Shown: positions 27,169-41,527, numbered from the stretch's first letter. The stretch: DNA of 64,000 bases from Bigelowiella natans CCMP2755 (GCA_000320545.1 ADNK01002325.1:62001-126000), one strand, 5' to 3'. The notes: generated from the sequence alone by a model not told the origin. Made by a program: numbers and translations.

Positions 27169-30100
27169 CTCATAATACACTGCCACCATTACCATCACCA
27201 TTATCACCTGAGATCATGTGTGCTGGTAACCCTCAGCACCGAAGCGAGAAGCTTTTGCGTAACCCTTAGATGAGACCACGACAAAGACATCTCGAAATCG
27301 CTTGGGGAGCTCCTATCAAACATCTTGCGGAAGAGTCTCGAAAGCGGTAGCATGGCTAATGCTATGATAACAGCCCTCACTACGAGTCCGTCACTAAACG
27401 GTGGTGAGGCGTATACAGAAAGCGCAATGACAATAACTGTGGAGGAGAACAGGGTGGTGAAGAGTATCAACCACCGTTTCCATGACGTTAGATAATCGCC
27501 AGGATCACAAGTGAACACAGATGTCCACTCGTGTGAATGGCGCATCTTCCAGGAGAAGAAGAGAGCGAAAGCACCAATACTGCGTTGGCCAATGATAGCA
27601 AGCTTATTCAACCGAACGATTTGATACCAAAATCGGCGCGACACGAGCTCTCGATCGGTGAAACGGTCACTAGTATCAAGCTTTACCAGTAGCCATAGCG
27701 TTAGAGAGAACACCATAAACATCGTCGCCATCAGGATTATCAGTGAGTTGGAGAGAGAGAATCGGCGGTTGCTGTCGTCATCATTAGCATCATCACTGTC
27801 CTGCTCATTGACTCCAAAGAGCGAGGCCCCACTAAAAGCTGTAAGGTGTTCGCTTTCACACGCGATTACTCGGACTTGGTAGGTGGATGGGGATGATGAT
27901 GATGATCGAGAGAAAGAGGGTGAGGATGACACAGTTGTGATACCTGTGGCGATGATGTTGGAGGAGATGTTGATCGAAAAGTTATTTCCTAAAAAACGTA
28001 AACCTGATCCAGGATCGAAGCTTGACACCCATCTCTGCTGCACAACATCGAAAAACTGACAGGCATTTGAGTTGATGCTGCTGCTGGTGCTGCTGATGAT
28101 CCTCGTGCTTGATTCAGCAGCCGTTATGGTAGAGGTAGTAGTTGGTATCTCCAGTCGGAAGGGAATAGGTGACTTCGTGATTTTCAAAGGGATAGCTGCA
28201 TTTGGTTCTCTGAGTTGTACGGCATAAACGCCGGTCGTGACATTTCCCTGATATGTCGGGAGCGAGGAGTAGAAGCTGACAATATCTCGGTCCCCACCTC
28301 CTGTGATGTTACGTCTTAACCGAAATCGAGTTCCAATAGAGCCTTCGAGGAAGTACTGCCCTCCAGCCGCCGTAGCAGCGGAGATACGGTGCGAGAGAAG
28401 TACAAAGACGTTTTTGTCTTCTTCCCCTTTCTTTCTGCTCACTGCCACGACCTCCGTTGGAAATTCATCTGCAAGGCTTCCTCGAAGCAGGTGAGAAGCA
28501 ATGGTGAGAGCTGCGGTCTCAATCTGAGCAGAACCAGAGCCACGTTCCTCTGCCTCATCAGCTATGTTGATAAGACCTTGAAGGCTAAGCAACACACCGA
28601 GCAGTTGGATATGCGCGTCAGCGCTGATAGGGGGCTGATTATCATCATCGTCGAGGAGGAGAATTGACTGCACACTACGTATCACAATGCTGCGTGTGGA
28701 ACGAGGAAGATCTTCAGGCTCCACAACGCTAGTAGTAGCTTCGAAAAGGAAATAAGCCGCAGTCTCAAAGATACCTCTTACGACTGCACCGCCCAATTCC
28801 CTTGCTTTCACCATTAAGTAGCTCTCAATCACGTCTAAAAACGCACTACGTAGTTGTCGAGTCTCGAATCGAAGGTCATCGTCAACGCTCACTTCTCCGC
28901 CTCCCGACCCATCTGCGATTACGCCTATCTGCTGGATACTTGACAAGATCGCTTGCAGCAGCACACTCGCTGTCCAGAGTTCTCCGTTAGTAATCTGGTC
29001 GGTAGCTTGCATGAGCTTCTGTGTAGCATTGAAACTACTACGCGTTTTGTTCACTTCGGCATAGAAGCTATACGTGGTCTCGGCGCCGAGCACATCGTAC
29101 ACCTTAGCCGCCAAGAAGATACGCGGGTTTGTTGCATCATTTGTATCAGCAGCAGGGTTGTGCACAGCAGCACTAGGAGGTAAGATTGTGTAAAGGGTAC
29201 TAGTGAGCTGCAGAGGAGATATATTGAATGCAGTCGTCGCTGAGCTTATCTGGAATAGGTATTTTAATGGTAGATCACCCTCAGGATCAGAGAAGTTGGC
29301 ACATTCTATCAAGTAAAGAGTTTCGAGGGCCTGGCCCCCTCCTCCCCCTTCGGGACTACTCACTGAGCAGTTTCCTGAAGTTGGAGGTTGGTTTGTGAGG
29401 AAGGCAATTCTTGATCGCCCTGTGACTATTGTTCCAGCTGCCCCTGCTGCTGCTGCTGCTGCTGCTGTCACTTCGACATGAAACTCGTAGAAAACCCCAG
29501 CTATCAGCACATTAGGAGCTAAGACGAGATTCTTTGTGTTTATATCGGTCAGCAGGACTCCAGGGGCTGAGAGATTGAGAGGAGGAGCATAGTTACCCCC
29601 TCCCCCTTCTCTTTGGATAACTGACCACTGGTAGGATAATGTGGTGGTGGTCGCTGCCGCATCTACTCTGTTCTGGCCAAGAACAGCAAACGAGGAGATA
29701 GTAAGACGCTCATTTGTGTTGTGACGAGGAGTAGTAGAAGATGTCATAGAGGTAGTAGTAGTAGTAGTATTAGTACCCAAAGAAACTACGATTACATCAG
29801 CTGCCATTGCCTCGAGCAGTTGAAACGTTGATGAGTTCCTGGCCATACCGTTGATCGCTATTCCCACGATCGTGACCTCGACCTTGTACACACGCTCAGG
29901 CATTAATATACTGCTCTTAAACGAAAACACGGGAAGCGTTGCTATCTCTCCAGTTGAAACGAGCTGCATGGCCGTAAGATCCATCAGAGTCCAAAGATAA
30001 CGGAGGTAGCTGCTGCTATTGCTGCTGTTTGTGTTGTTTGTAGTAGCGGGGTCATAAGAATGCGAAGCATCAAAGCTAAGCGATGTGTCGTAGGTTGGGT

Positions 30101-32559
30101 TGCTGCTGTAGGAGGGCACTTCCAACGTAACGTTTTCTCCTCCACGAATAATGGCGACCACCGGCTCTATTGGTACCTGCACCACGAAGCTCCTGTTTGT
30201 CTCTGAGATAATAGCAACTCCATCCTGGAGAAGTTGGGCATGGAAGTTGAACACGTAGACACTACCCATCGTCAATACGTTGCCTGGGACTGATAGCGTA
30301 AACGACTTCGGATTGGAAATCACTATAGACTCATTTGTGATCTCCGAACGAAATTCTTCAGCTTGATGAGACAGGCTGCTACTCGATGGGAATGCTTGTT
30401 CCCAAGTACCCTTCCATGAGAATCCGTTGGACGTTGAACCGACAATACAGGACGATTCTGAGACCCTCACCGCAATCAACAGGGACTTACCCCTTGGGCA
30501 GAAAGACACAACAGGCTTCGAAGCGGTGAGCAATACCTCATCACTGCGAGAGATGTGCAGCGATGCGTTGGCTTGCTGCCCAACCCAGTTGATAACCCTC
30601 ACAAACAAGATATAGCTTCCGACAGGTATGTGACTGGAGGGAATGATAAGCGAGGTTGTATTCACAGCTTCCACAGTCTCGTTGAGCTGCGACAATTCAT
30701 AGCCCAGGACAGAAGAGGACGGGAATTCACCTGTGAGACTCCACGAAATTCTGCTCTGTTGATTACGCCCTTTGCACAGTTTGTCGTTGCAAATCACTGC
30801 TCGGAGTTGAAGGCTGAGGTCACAAGGCCCAACATCAGATTCTCCAATGATACTTACCACTAAAGGGGTAGGATTATCGGGTGGAAGAAGCACCACTGGG
30901 AGGGTTCTCCCAGTTACCCTCCCCCCGCTAGTTATTTCTGTGACCTGTATTACGTCAAAAGGTAGGATTGTGGCACTGTCGTCATCGAGCTGGACCCAAA
31001 AATGGGCTTCTTTGTTTGCTAGGTATGAGCATCTTGGTGAGTCGCCTAGAAGTGCAAGCGTGGAAGGAGCGATAACTTCGGCACATGAGACGATGTTGCT
31101 GCTATTGTTGCCAAGAGTTGGTAAAGGGATTGTGAAGTTGATCTGATTAAGAGAAAGAAGAGTTGTTAATGTGGATAATCAAAGAGGACAAAAATCAAAA
31201 AAGAAATATCAGGGGAATTGACATTGAAAAACGATGGAAAGGACGAAGGGCTTATTGTGTCTGTTGTTTCTAAATTACACAACACTTTTTAATTCCCTAC
31301 TACCGACCACAAATGATCTCAAGTTGTCGTTGATTTTTGCCAGAATCGGTATCGGTATCGCTTCTGAGGGAGCTGCGGTGGGAGTAACTGTTTTGGGAGA
31401 CAGAGTCGCGGGGCTCGCTGCATTGAAAGAAATCGCAGGAGAGGGGGATAAAGACGAAAATAAATGCAAATCATGAGTACGATAAATTGTAGGAGTGGGT
31501 AATTGAAACCGGGAAGACTAACTATTACCAGAGTTGTGACCGCTTACTAAACATTCTTACAAAAAATTCGCTAAACTTTTACAACACAAGCTTATATCTC
31601 TATCACTAACGTATCCTCGTATATATGCCTAAATCACTTAAATCATGACTTTCCTGTCACTACAACCAACTAATACTACTTCCTGCTGCTACTACTACTG
31701 CTGCCATCGCGAACGCACATGTTTGTGGGCTCATTGTTGGAGAATAGGAAGGTGATGAGCTTGGGGAAAAAGACATAGGAGTCGGCACGCAAGTTGTCGG
31801 TGAAATCGTGGGCTCCGAAGTCTCAACATAGTTTGCAATTGAGTGGAAGTTTATTCGAGATATCAAATTGTTTCCAGCTTCCTCGGATAGCTCTGTATAA
31901 GGAGGCTTCACCTGCTGCGACAGGAATCGGGTAACTCTCAACGGAGCTCCTCCACAGACAGTACTACTAACATTTGGAGTAATTCCGTAGCTCATTCTCT
32001 TTGGCACTTCCCCGCGATAACCAAGTACGCCGATGTAATCACCTCGCTGTACGTGAAGATCCGTGTAAATCATTTGGACAGATGCATTCGCCGTAACCGC
32101 CAGAAGTACTTCCACATCCGTGTTAGGATTACTGATATTTGTGTTATCTGGAAACTGCTCGAAGGTTTTATTTTTACTGCGAAAGATGTAGGCACTCTGG
32201 GAGTCAGACTCTGAGCCGTTTATACCTAATACCTGAAGGCTGGTGATCTTAAAACTGCATGGGGCACGGAAGGAGTAGCCACGTGGCCCTGCGGTATGTA
32301 CCAAATAGTCTGTCTGTTCCCCAACAAGGAACTGGCCCGAAAGGGATGGAGACAGGGTGATGATCGGCGCTGCGGAAGGTGAGGCCGACGGTATGGGGGA
32401 TGGCGCAGAAGTCAACGGGAACTGGGAAGGACTCTGCATTTTTGCAAATCGCATCAGAACATTTTATACTTCGAAAATTTAAATTGGAAAAAAGATATCA
32501 ACCGTCGTAACTCCGTTTGCCGCTCCACACACCAAGAGTAAAAATGCAGCAGTCAACAT
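24022..32559 (-). CDS. Polycystin-1-like REJ-GAIN/GPS membrane receptor with a PDZ-like domain
   Basis: Signal peptide MLTAAFLLLVCGAANG; Ser/Pro/Thr stalks (PSxSPT); REJ-module motifs (SFDASHSYDP, YLWT, NQPPTSGNCSV, CANFSDPEGDLPLKYLF, KVYDVLGA); GPS CQFFD..RW...CESEHLTAF; TM followed by HEWTSVF..LTSWKR as in PKD1-like proteins; PDZ-like segment 25325-25540. The 3' end is uncertain (24419 unspliced or ~24022 spliced). Confidence 0.75.
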
Positions 32560-33662
32560 CGAGGTTGATGCCTCGAGGCTGGAAATCGCGATGATGAGAT
32601 CTGTATGTCATCGAAAGTGAAAGTTTGGTCTAATACGAGCATGCATGACCTAGATATAACTTTAATGAAGAGAGATCCGATGAAAGGTACAACGCCTCAG
32701 AAAGAACAAACCTTCCTCCCCCTCTCGACTTAAAAACTAGCTGTCAGTACTTCAACCCCAAAATTCAGATGTAAGTTTGCCGGAAAGAGTTCACTCAAAG
32801 AGTAAATACAGGAGAATTTTTTCTTCGATGGCTCAAAAATGTTGTCGTTCGACCCAAAAAGATACCTGTGGCGAGTTCAGTTGCATCAGAAAGAGAACAT
32901 TTTGACATTTTATCTCAAAAGATGCAGCCCCAGTGGACGCAACCCGCGAATACAGGCCTGTACTCAGAAAAAAACAAGCTATAACTGGACAGCGACAGAG
33001 ATCTATGTCTGTCGTATTTTCCCGCTGAAGAGAGTTTGATAATTTTGTCAGCTCTCGAAATTCCCATCGCGCGTCTGATGGGGTACAAGCTTTGAGAGAT
33101 GGAATCATCCATACGTAATGTCGTGTCGCATGCATAAAATGTAAGGGAATTTAGGTAAGATGGGAGCAGTACCTTCCTTTTTCTCCTGCAAGAATACCAC
33201 CAACAATTGCTCCGTGTGCTCGCAGCTGTAGAGCGAAGGTTCGTTTTAGCAAAATCAAGTAACTCTCCTTGTCGCAAAGATTGTACCTCTGGCGAAAAGT
33301 TAGGTAAGAATGTAGCGGTATTTTCATGATATTCGGGTAATTTTGATGTCGCAGGTGAGAGCTCCCAGGTCGACTTCGACCAGAACCCAATGAATGAATC
33401 GGAAATGGAGGGAGGGGAGGGAGGGAGGAGGAAGAGCTGGACGCACCACCATACTGTCTACCCTCTTAAGCTTCATCAAAACGACGCGTCACGTTTTGAT
33501 TGATTTGCAGCTATAACACGAGAATCAGATGATTTGCACGGAATTACATTGTTTTATGCAACTCTTGGCGCTTTTTCGGATGGAATACATCTATTGATGC
33601 GCCTTCAATTATCTTTCAAACAAGAAAAACTGTGTATTTTAAATTAGGCTTACAAGGTCTTC

Positions 33663-34285
33663 ATGGAAAATTCAAGGACAGAAAATTCAAGGACAGAGGA
33701 TCATCGTGGCGATGTCAAATGGTCACCAATTTCTTCAAATCTTTATGATCTCGGCATCAGCTTGATGGTCATATCAATTGTTACTTCAGGGAATAATAAG
33801 GGGGGGTTGCAACTCAAATTTGGCTTCCTTGTCAACAAATAATGAAGATAATCGTCACCAGAATGTCCGAAAACATCTTAGTAGTTATTCGGTATGTTGA
33901 ATAAGATAGTTGGTCCAACAAATGTATTAGTGTAAGAGTTAACAATGGTGGCTATAGGTTTGTCTTACATGTTCCATGCCAACGCGAACGCTCTGTCCAG
34001 CACACTACCTTGATACACTACCATGATCTATTCCAATAAAATGTTGTTGTCGTCTGAGATTGATGTCTTCCTTACAGCTGGTGAATTTGCACATCGCCCT
34101 TGAGGAAACAGGAGCTCTTAGGCGACCTGTCCTTGAGCAACCAAGTTGGCTAGAACTCGAAACCGACGCAGAAGAAGCGATGGTATGAATATGTGTAATT
34201 TAATTGTGTTGTGTAACAGCATGTATACATATTTGAATCGTTCTCTCTCTCTCACTTCTCTCTTTCCCTCCCCCTGCTACCTAAT

Positions 34286-34323
<38 letters not shown>

Positions 34324-36130
34324 CACACACCCATTTGCGCGCAAGTGTATATGTATGTGTGTATGTGTGTGAGTGTGTGTTGTATAATTAATACGTATTA
34401 TTTTGCGTATTACTCGAATAGAACAGTGAGAGTCCTTTCGGTAGTACTACTTTTGTATGCATTGAATGATGATCGATTCTCGGGTCTACCTTTGTTTCAA
34501 TGCCCTCTTCCTTTCAGCTAAGCGGAAAGAGGCATGCATGTAAGCGTTGCTCTCAACGCATATACTTCAAATCACGTCGTGAGCTGAAGCAGCACATGCA
34601 AGACAGCCATGGGACTGAAGGGACGCACATCTCCAAATCGAAGCATATCTTGAAGTGCAATCACGTAAAATATATTACAAGACGTTATGATGTGTTTGTG
34701 CGGTTGGGTTCTTATCATCATCATTATCTTCTTCATCATCTTCATCTTCATATTCTTCTTTGTATTTTTCCCCGAAATGATCTCGGACGTTGTTGCTGTC
34801 GTTGTCGCTGTTACCAGTGCCAGGCCCCATTTGCCAACTTACAAGCTTTGCGTGTGCATTTACGGTTGCATGCGGACAGAATTCCATTCTTATGTCTCAA
34901 GGTTAGAAGCGTTGTGTGGGTGTGTAAAGGGGGGGGGAGACGGATGAGGATACGTAGCTATTTTCCATTTCTCATTGACCACGAAATCTAAATCAGTTAT
35001 CATTAAAGAGAAGAGACATCATCCTTTCTTCTCCTTCCTAGCCTCATTTTTGTTGTCTGAATATACTCTCCATGTGCAATGATGATCATCGACTGCTGGT
35101 GCTCGGAATATCCCTCCTCCTCCTCCCCGTCCTTCTTCTACTACTACTACTACTGCTGCTGCTACAAATGTTACTACAACTGCTCATTTCTGGGAGCAGT
35201 GTGGAAAGAGCTTCAATCAGAGATACAATCTTAAGGTTAGTTGCTTTGTGCGTACATATATCATCATCATCATCAACAACAACAACAACAACATCGCATA
35301 TTATCCATCTGAACCCCCTCCCTCATCGTAATACAAAGGTTCTTAACATCTCTCTTCTCTTTCTTCTTTCTCGTTTCATTGCTTGCTGCTACTACCACTA
35401 CCACAGATGCACATGCGGCTGCACACGGGTGAATTGTACCGATGTCCTGTTTGCAACGCTACGTTCAACATCAAAGCCAACTTCGAGTAAGCACCACCAC
35501 CTTTATAATATACATGAATTGCTCGCTTTTATGTCTACTGTCCTTTCATCATCACCCTCTTCTTCTTTCTCTTTGTCTTTACTTTCTCTATTTTTTTGTT
35601 CCTTCTCATCCTCTTCTTCGTAGTAATTGCTACTATTGATTCCCGTCTTTTATTTCCTTATCCATATTCCTCCCTCCCCCCCCCCCCCCTTTTCTCTCTC
35701 TCCCTCCTTCAATATCTCGTCACCATGCTGATCAGGCGGCACATGGGTTCTCACGAAAACAAACGCAGCTTTGTGTGTACGGAGTGCGGCCGCCCATTTC
35801 TTGCTCGCCATCACCTTGAGGTGGGAAGTAATCGTCAGTTGTTGTTTCAACGACGCTTCTTCTTCTTAATGATACTATCATCACAGTGGAGGCTAGATGT
35901 ACTGCATCCACACGAAATTGCCGACTCATTATGATGCTGGCTGTGTGGTGTTTCTACTACTATTACTACTATTACTACTACTACTACTACTACTACTACT
36001 ACAGGCACATATGGTGACGCACACTGGAGCACCAGCAAACTATAAATGCTCATTCTGTCCGTCAAAGTACCATCTTAAAAGTAAGTGTAAAGACCGATCA
36101 ATCGGCGCAGAATAACCAAGGCATTAATTC

Positions 36131-36169
<39 letters not shown>

Positions 36170-38287
36170 TGTAAGCTAGACAAGGATATCTTTCTTCTCA
36201 AAATGTTGGTTTGTTGTTGTTCCTTCTCCCTCCTCCAGATAACCTAGCACGGCACGTACGCATTGTGCATAGAGATCGTGTTCTGACCGTCACAAAGGCC
36301 GAACAAATGAAGACAAAATGCACAATCTGCAACAGAACCTTTAGCTCTAATTATACAGCACAACGGTATATGCAACGCGCTTACATACACATCTATACAT
36401 TTGAACCAATCAATCAATCAATCAATCAATCAGGCATATTGCCCGCGTCCACAAAGACGTCAAGCACCTCTGTCCGTACTGTTTCCGGTTAGCCGCTCTT
36501 TTCACACAACAATAAGACGATTACAACGCAGTGGTGGAGATGGTGGCAAGCGAAATCATATATTTTTCATTTCCACGTGACTTACTTCTTCCTCGTTGCT
36601 GTTTTAGGGAGTTTGATTCAAATACTGCGGTGTTGAAGCATAGTGCAATTGTTCATCATGAGGAGATGGCCCTCTTTGCTGGCAACAATCAGAACACTCC
36701 CAACCTGACGAGGAACTTCAAGTGTGCGTTGTGTGAGACTGCATTCACTACCAAAAGTACTAATAGCATTTACAGTTGAGGGGAGAAGAAGAAGAAGATG
36801 ATGATGATGATGATAATGATGATGGTTGGCTGCAATCAATACAATTTCAAAATTGAAGGAAAGAAGAGGAGGAGGAGGAGGAGGAGGAGGAGGAGTTGGG
36901 AAAGTCCTTTTGAACAGCAGCTATGAATATGGATGATGATGATGATGATGATGACGTTGATGATAAATTGACATGTCCACACACCATGTTTTGCCTCTCC
37001 TCAGCAAACCTTAACCGGCACGTGCAAAGTAAGCACAGCGGGAAAAAACAGCATGTTTGCCCTACCTGTGGCAACGAATACGCAAGGAAGGACACGTTGG
37101 AGCTGCATATTCGTGCGGTGCATCAAGGAAAAGATCCCAGCTACAAATGCTCTCTATGTACTACTACTACTACTGCTGCTGCTATGTGTGCGTCGATGTA
37201 TTGAGAGAAATGATCATATTTGAATAGTATATTTGTTGTTGGAGCAGCAAACAATAATATAATGTGCGGTAGGAAATGGCAGAGAAAGGAGGAAGAATCC
37301 TCCCTCCCATCCCCCTCCTCCTCCTCATTCCCCACACAGCACTTATCTCCACTGGTTCTTCACTATTGCTACTACTACTTTTACCATCATTACAGGCAGT
37401 CGAAAGGTGTTCACAAGGCTGGATCTTAGTAATCACATGCGACTGCATAAGGGTTGTGTCGATTTCTACAGAGAACACAATAGAAGAAGAAGAAGAAGAA
37501 GAAGAAGAAGAAGAAAAAGAAGGAGGAGGAGGAGGAGGAAGAGAAAGTGGTTCCGGGACAGAGAAGAATTAAACCGATGGAACACTAATCAGGGGGGGGG
37601 GACGATGATGTTAACACTATCATTCTTCGTCATGGTTCTGATAATACCTTAACTCAGGAGAGCATCCGTATAGTTGTGAGATTTGCGGTGCTGTCTTCGT
37701 GCAGGTGGCCTCGCGTATAACCTATAATCCCTTCTATGCCCATCGTGATCTTATGGAGGAAAGGGGGGGGGGGCGATAAGTCCTATTGCGCAAAGAAACT
37801 CAGCACAAATACGCACAATCATACACGTCTACACATAAACATGATGGAGATAATGACACAACAAATTCGCCGCCGTGTTTGTTCTCACGTTTTCCTTCTC
37901 CTCCTCCTCCTCCTTCTTTTTGCTGTCCGCAGAAAGGAAACCTGAAGCGCCATATGGTACTGCACTCGGGGAATAAAAATGATCATGTGTGTGATATCTG
38001 CAGCAGAGGATTCGTTTTGAAGGTGGTGCTATATTGGTAGTGGTTGGGAGGGGGAGGGAGGAGAAGAAAGGAGGATGTAAGATATCCTCAATCTATGAAT
38101 TTTCCTTTCTTTTTCCCCTCGAGAATGGGTGGCTGTTTGTGGTATAATGATTTGCTTCGTCGTCTGTAAATATTAGTCGTATCTCGATGCTCATAAGTCA
38201 AAGATGCATCCAGAACTGCGTGAATTTAAGTGTACGATGGTAGGGAAATCATAACGTGTGTATGAAAGTATAAACGTCCCCCCCCCC

Positions 38288-38320
<33 letters not shown>

Positions 38321-38540
38321 GCCTACTTACCCCCTCCCTAAGGCAGTGCATCTGTTGCTGAGAGTAGAGGCATAATACATTACATTTGTACATGAAATAT
38401 ATCCCGATCAAAATTGTCACATTTACGTTTTTATAATGTTTTTGTTCTCTCAGTGTCCTCAGGTCTTCAAACGAAAGAACAATCTTCTCATTCACATGTA
38501 TTCGCACCAAAGTTCAAAAGATAAGATGAGTAATGATTAG
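33663..38540 (+). CDS. Poly-C2H2 zinc-finger protein, 14 fingers, highly spliced
   Basis: Splicing restores CxxC...HxxxH units: CKRC, CNHC, CLKC, CPVC, CTEC, CSFC, CTIC, CPYC, CALC, CPTC, CSLC, CEIC, CDIC, CTMC, with linkers such as HTGE and GEHPY. Stop TAG 38538-38540. The N-terminal exons are less certain. Confidence 0.85.
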
Positions 38541-38623
38541 TGACAAACCACATGTGAACACACTCTAGCACTCATGATGTCATGCAAATTGTGAGTGTTG
38601 CGTGTGAAATGTGTCTGCTAGGT

Positions 38624-38663
<40 letters not shown>

Positions 38664-39265
38664 TGTGTGTATGTGTGTGTACGTGTGTGAAGAAGATTGA
38701 TGAAACGGTGGCTACTCTTAGCTTATTCTCGAGTAGTGCATCACAAATACAGCCAGCCGGTGTGGAGCACTGTGCAACCGGGCGTGCTAGGGTGACGTTC
38801 ACCTGTGCAGCAGCTGCGTTGTGCGCCGTAGAAAGCCAGCCGCTGCGCTACAGCTTGTTATTTATAATATTTTTTCTTAACATATCATGTGTTTGCTGTG
38901 TACATGCCAAAGCACATGTGGCTGCAGCACACATATATTTAACTCTGCGCTGTGGTAGCCCAGTGCGCGTACGGCGTGCAAGCACCATGCAGAAGAGCAC
39001 TTTTGACATGAAATTAGTAGACTCACCCCGCGAGATCGAATGTGATAATAAGAATTTCAGATGAAGATCGTTTTACTACTACTATTTCCCATTTTGGTTG
39101 TCATATAAACATGTGCAGATCAGTAGACTGTATAGATGGTGCATCCGCATGATGAGCGTTGCCATTGACTCTCGCCGCGTTATCTTGAATACCTTCGAAA
39201 TTATTGATTTTCAATTCAAAATCTGTGTTTGATACACGTATCACAATGGGAGGTTAGTACTTGCT

Positions 39266-41290
39266 TTACCAGGAGTACAGCACGGTGAAGAACATACAGC
39301 TAGCAATGACAAAAGCCAGTATCACCTGCCATAAACAACATCAGTAAGTACTCTCCCGTGAACTAGTTTTCTCCACAATCATCATCATCATCATCATCAT
39401 CACCATCACCATGACAAATCCAAGATCACATATGCATATTTCCTGCTAATAATACCGTATCACGATTCTGTTTGTCTTGAATCTTTTTGATTAGACCGTT
39501 GGCCTGGGGAAACTGTTGTCCAATTTTTCCAAGAACTCCTTGGATTCCTAGAAGAAAGTTTCATTTGTTATTCTTCTTTGCACATGCTTAATTTTCATGC
39601 GTCTCACACACACACACACACACACATCATCAACATTAGTCTCTCTTCCTTACGTCCGAATATTCCCCTTTGATTCTTGAGTTCCTCCATTGTGTCTTGG
39701 CCTTGCCTTTTCATCATCATCAGCATCATCATTACCATTGCCATGTTGGCACAAATTGTCATTGTAAAACAAATCATCACTGATAAGGCAGGCACTGCTC
39801 CTTATACTTGGCTGTTCACGATGCAACAAATCGCACGTGATCGCATATTCCAAAGGTTTGTGTTTCCACGGTGATGACTCAATCTGTGCGTGTGCGCTCT
39901 CGTGTCTACGACTGGAAGCGCTGCTTACATTTATTCACAGCTGCGACATACATATTATAATCTGCACAAAAGTAGTACTGAATGAGTGAGTCAACGATGC
40001 CAAGAGACGAGAAAAGCCCATCTCTTTCTTTTTCTAAGGCTTCATGAGGCCGAATCCCAGCAAGGCTAACGAATTATAAATATTACAATTACATTCTGGA
40101 CACCCCAACCCTCGTTATTAATAATGACGATGACGATGATGATGATAATGCTTGATTATCTACTGTTTGTAGCTTATGAAAATGACGGTCCTTGAAACGG
40201 GACAAGGAGTGACAACGTCATCATCTTCATTACCAATATCAATATGGGGTGTAGATAGGTACTCACGTTCACATCACCAACAACCAACAACAACCTAGCA
40301 CCACCACCACCATCACCTTGAATCCTTCCCGTCATGCTTCGATCCCAGAAGCATTGCCCGTTTAATTTTACTGTCTAATTTGACCTGATATTTATTAAAT
40401 ATATGCTCCTTAAAAAAATGGAGGATTTGCCACCTCGTTTGGTAGAAAGGCTTCTTCACAGATCAGATCATCAACATGATATACAGATGAGTTAATAAAC
40501 ATGATATATTTTCTTCACAGGTGAACACATCAACTTTAACGGAATAATTTATTTCCCTCCTCCTCTCTGTCATCATCCTGCTTACTTTTGTTCGCTCAAA
40601 ATCAGAGGTAAACTGGTGGAATAGATTCTGACATCTCCTCATCGTTTCGAACCCCTGTTAATGATGTGTTGGAGGAGGAGGAGGAGGAGGAGGAGGAGGA
40701 GGAGGAGGAGGAGGAGGAGGAGGAGGAGGAGGAGAGGGAATGATTTAAGATAAATTTGATGTGCATTTCTATCTATTTCACATTGGTGACATACTACCTC
40801 ACGATGATTACTACTCTTCCCGCTTGCTAATTGACGCATCTCATCTGTAACACCGCCCAGCTAAATTTCGCAAGGGAGAAGTTGGAAGAGGATAAATCAG
40901 GAGAGAAAATGAATAGTTGTGTAATTCTCAAAATTAATGACTTGGTAATTTGTTGTATCTTGGGTGGAAGAGGGGAGACGAGACACGGCCAGGTTTGAAA
41001 CATCATGCTTATTTATTGACCTCTTGAAGCATATCCTGAATCTTGATCTCGAGGTCCTGAAGCGGCCGCCGTGCGTTTTCGACATCACCGCTCACTCCTT
41101 TGTTATCACTATCCCATTTGTTTGCCATGTTTAAGTATTGCACGAGTTTGCTGTCTATTTTTGACTCTAAGGCCCGTGCCCGCCTTTTGACATCTGCCCA
41201 TGTCGATGACGATGAGGAGGAAGATGAAGAAATGTTCGTTGCTCTTTGGTGGGGTCCGCCACCGCCAGTGCGAGAGGGGCGTGACGCCAT
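39266..41290 (-). CDS. GOSR1: Golgi SNARE GS28/Gos1 (Qb-SNARE)
   Basis: WADVKRRARALESKIDSKLVQY; TMEELKNQRGIFGRIQGVLGKIGQQFPQANGLIKKIQDKQNRDTVILAFVIASCMFFTVLYSW* (C-terminal TM anchor). Confidence 0.9.
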
Positions 41291-41527
41291 CTTGCCTTTC
41301 TTCTTTCAGTATTCGTCTTGTCGTCCGCGTGACAGCCGTTTTTATTTGTACGACTTACTTTGATATACTATTTTGTACAATTTACGCCTTTATTCATATC
41401 CTGCGACAAATCCATTTTTGGTTATTGTCTCATTATATAAAATAAAGGACGAAATATGATAACGACTTGAATTAGAGGCCATTATCAAAGTGATTGTGCA
41501 AATTACGTGCTCCTGGTTTCCTCCCCC
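41291..41527. promoter_or_regulatory. Probable bidirectional promoter GOSR1/SNF8
   Basis: Only 237 bp of AT-rich sequence lie between two divergent start codons. Comparable gaps occur at 3420-3758 and 20239-20532. Confidence 0.6.
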
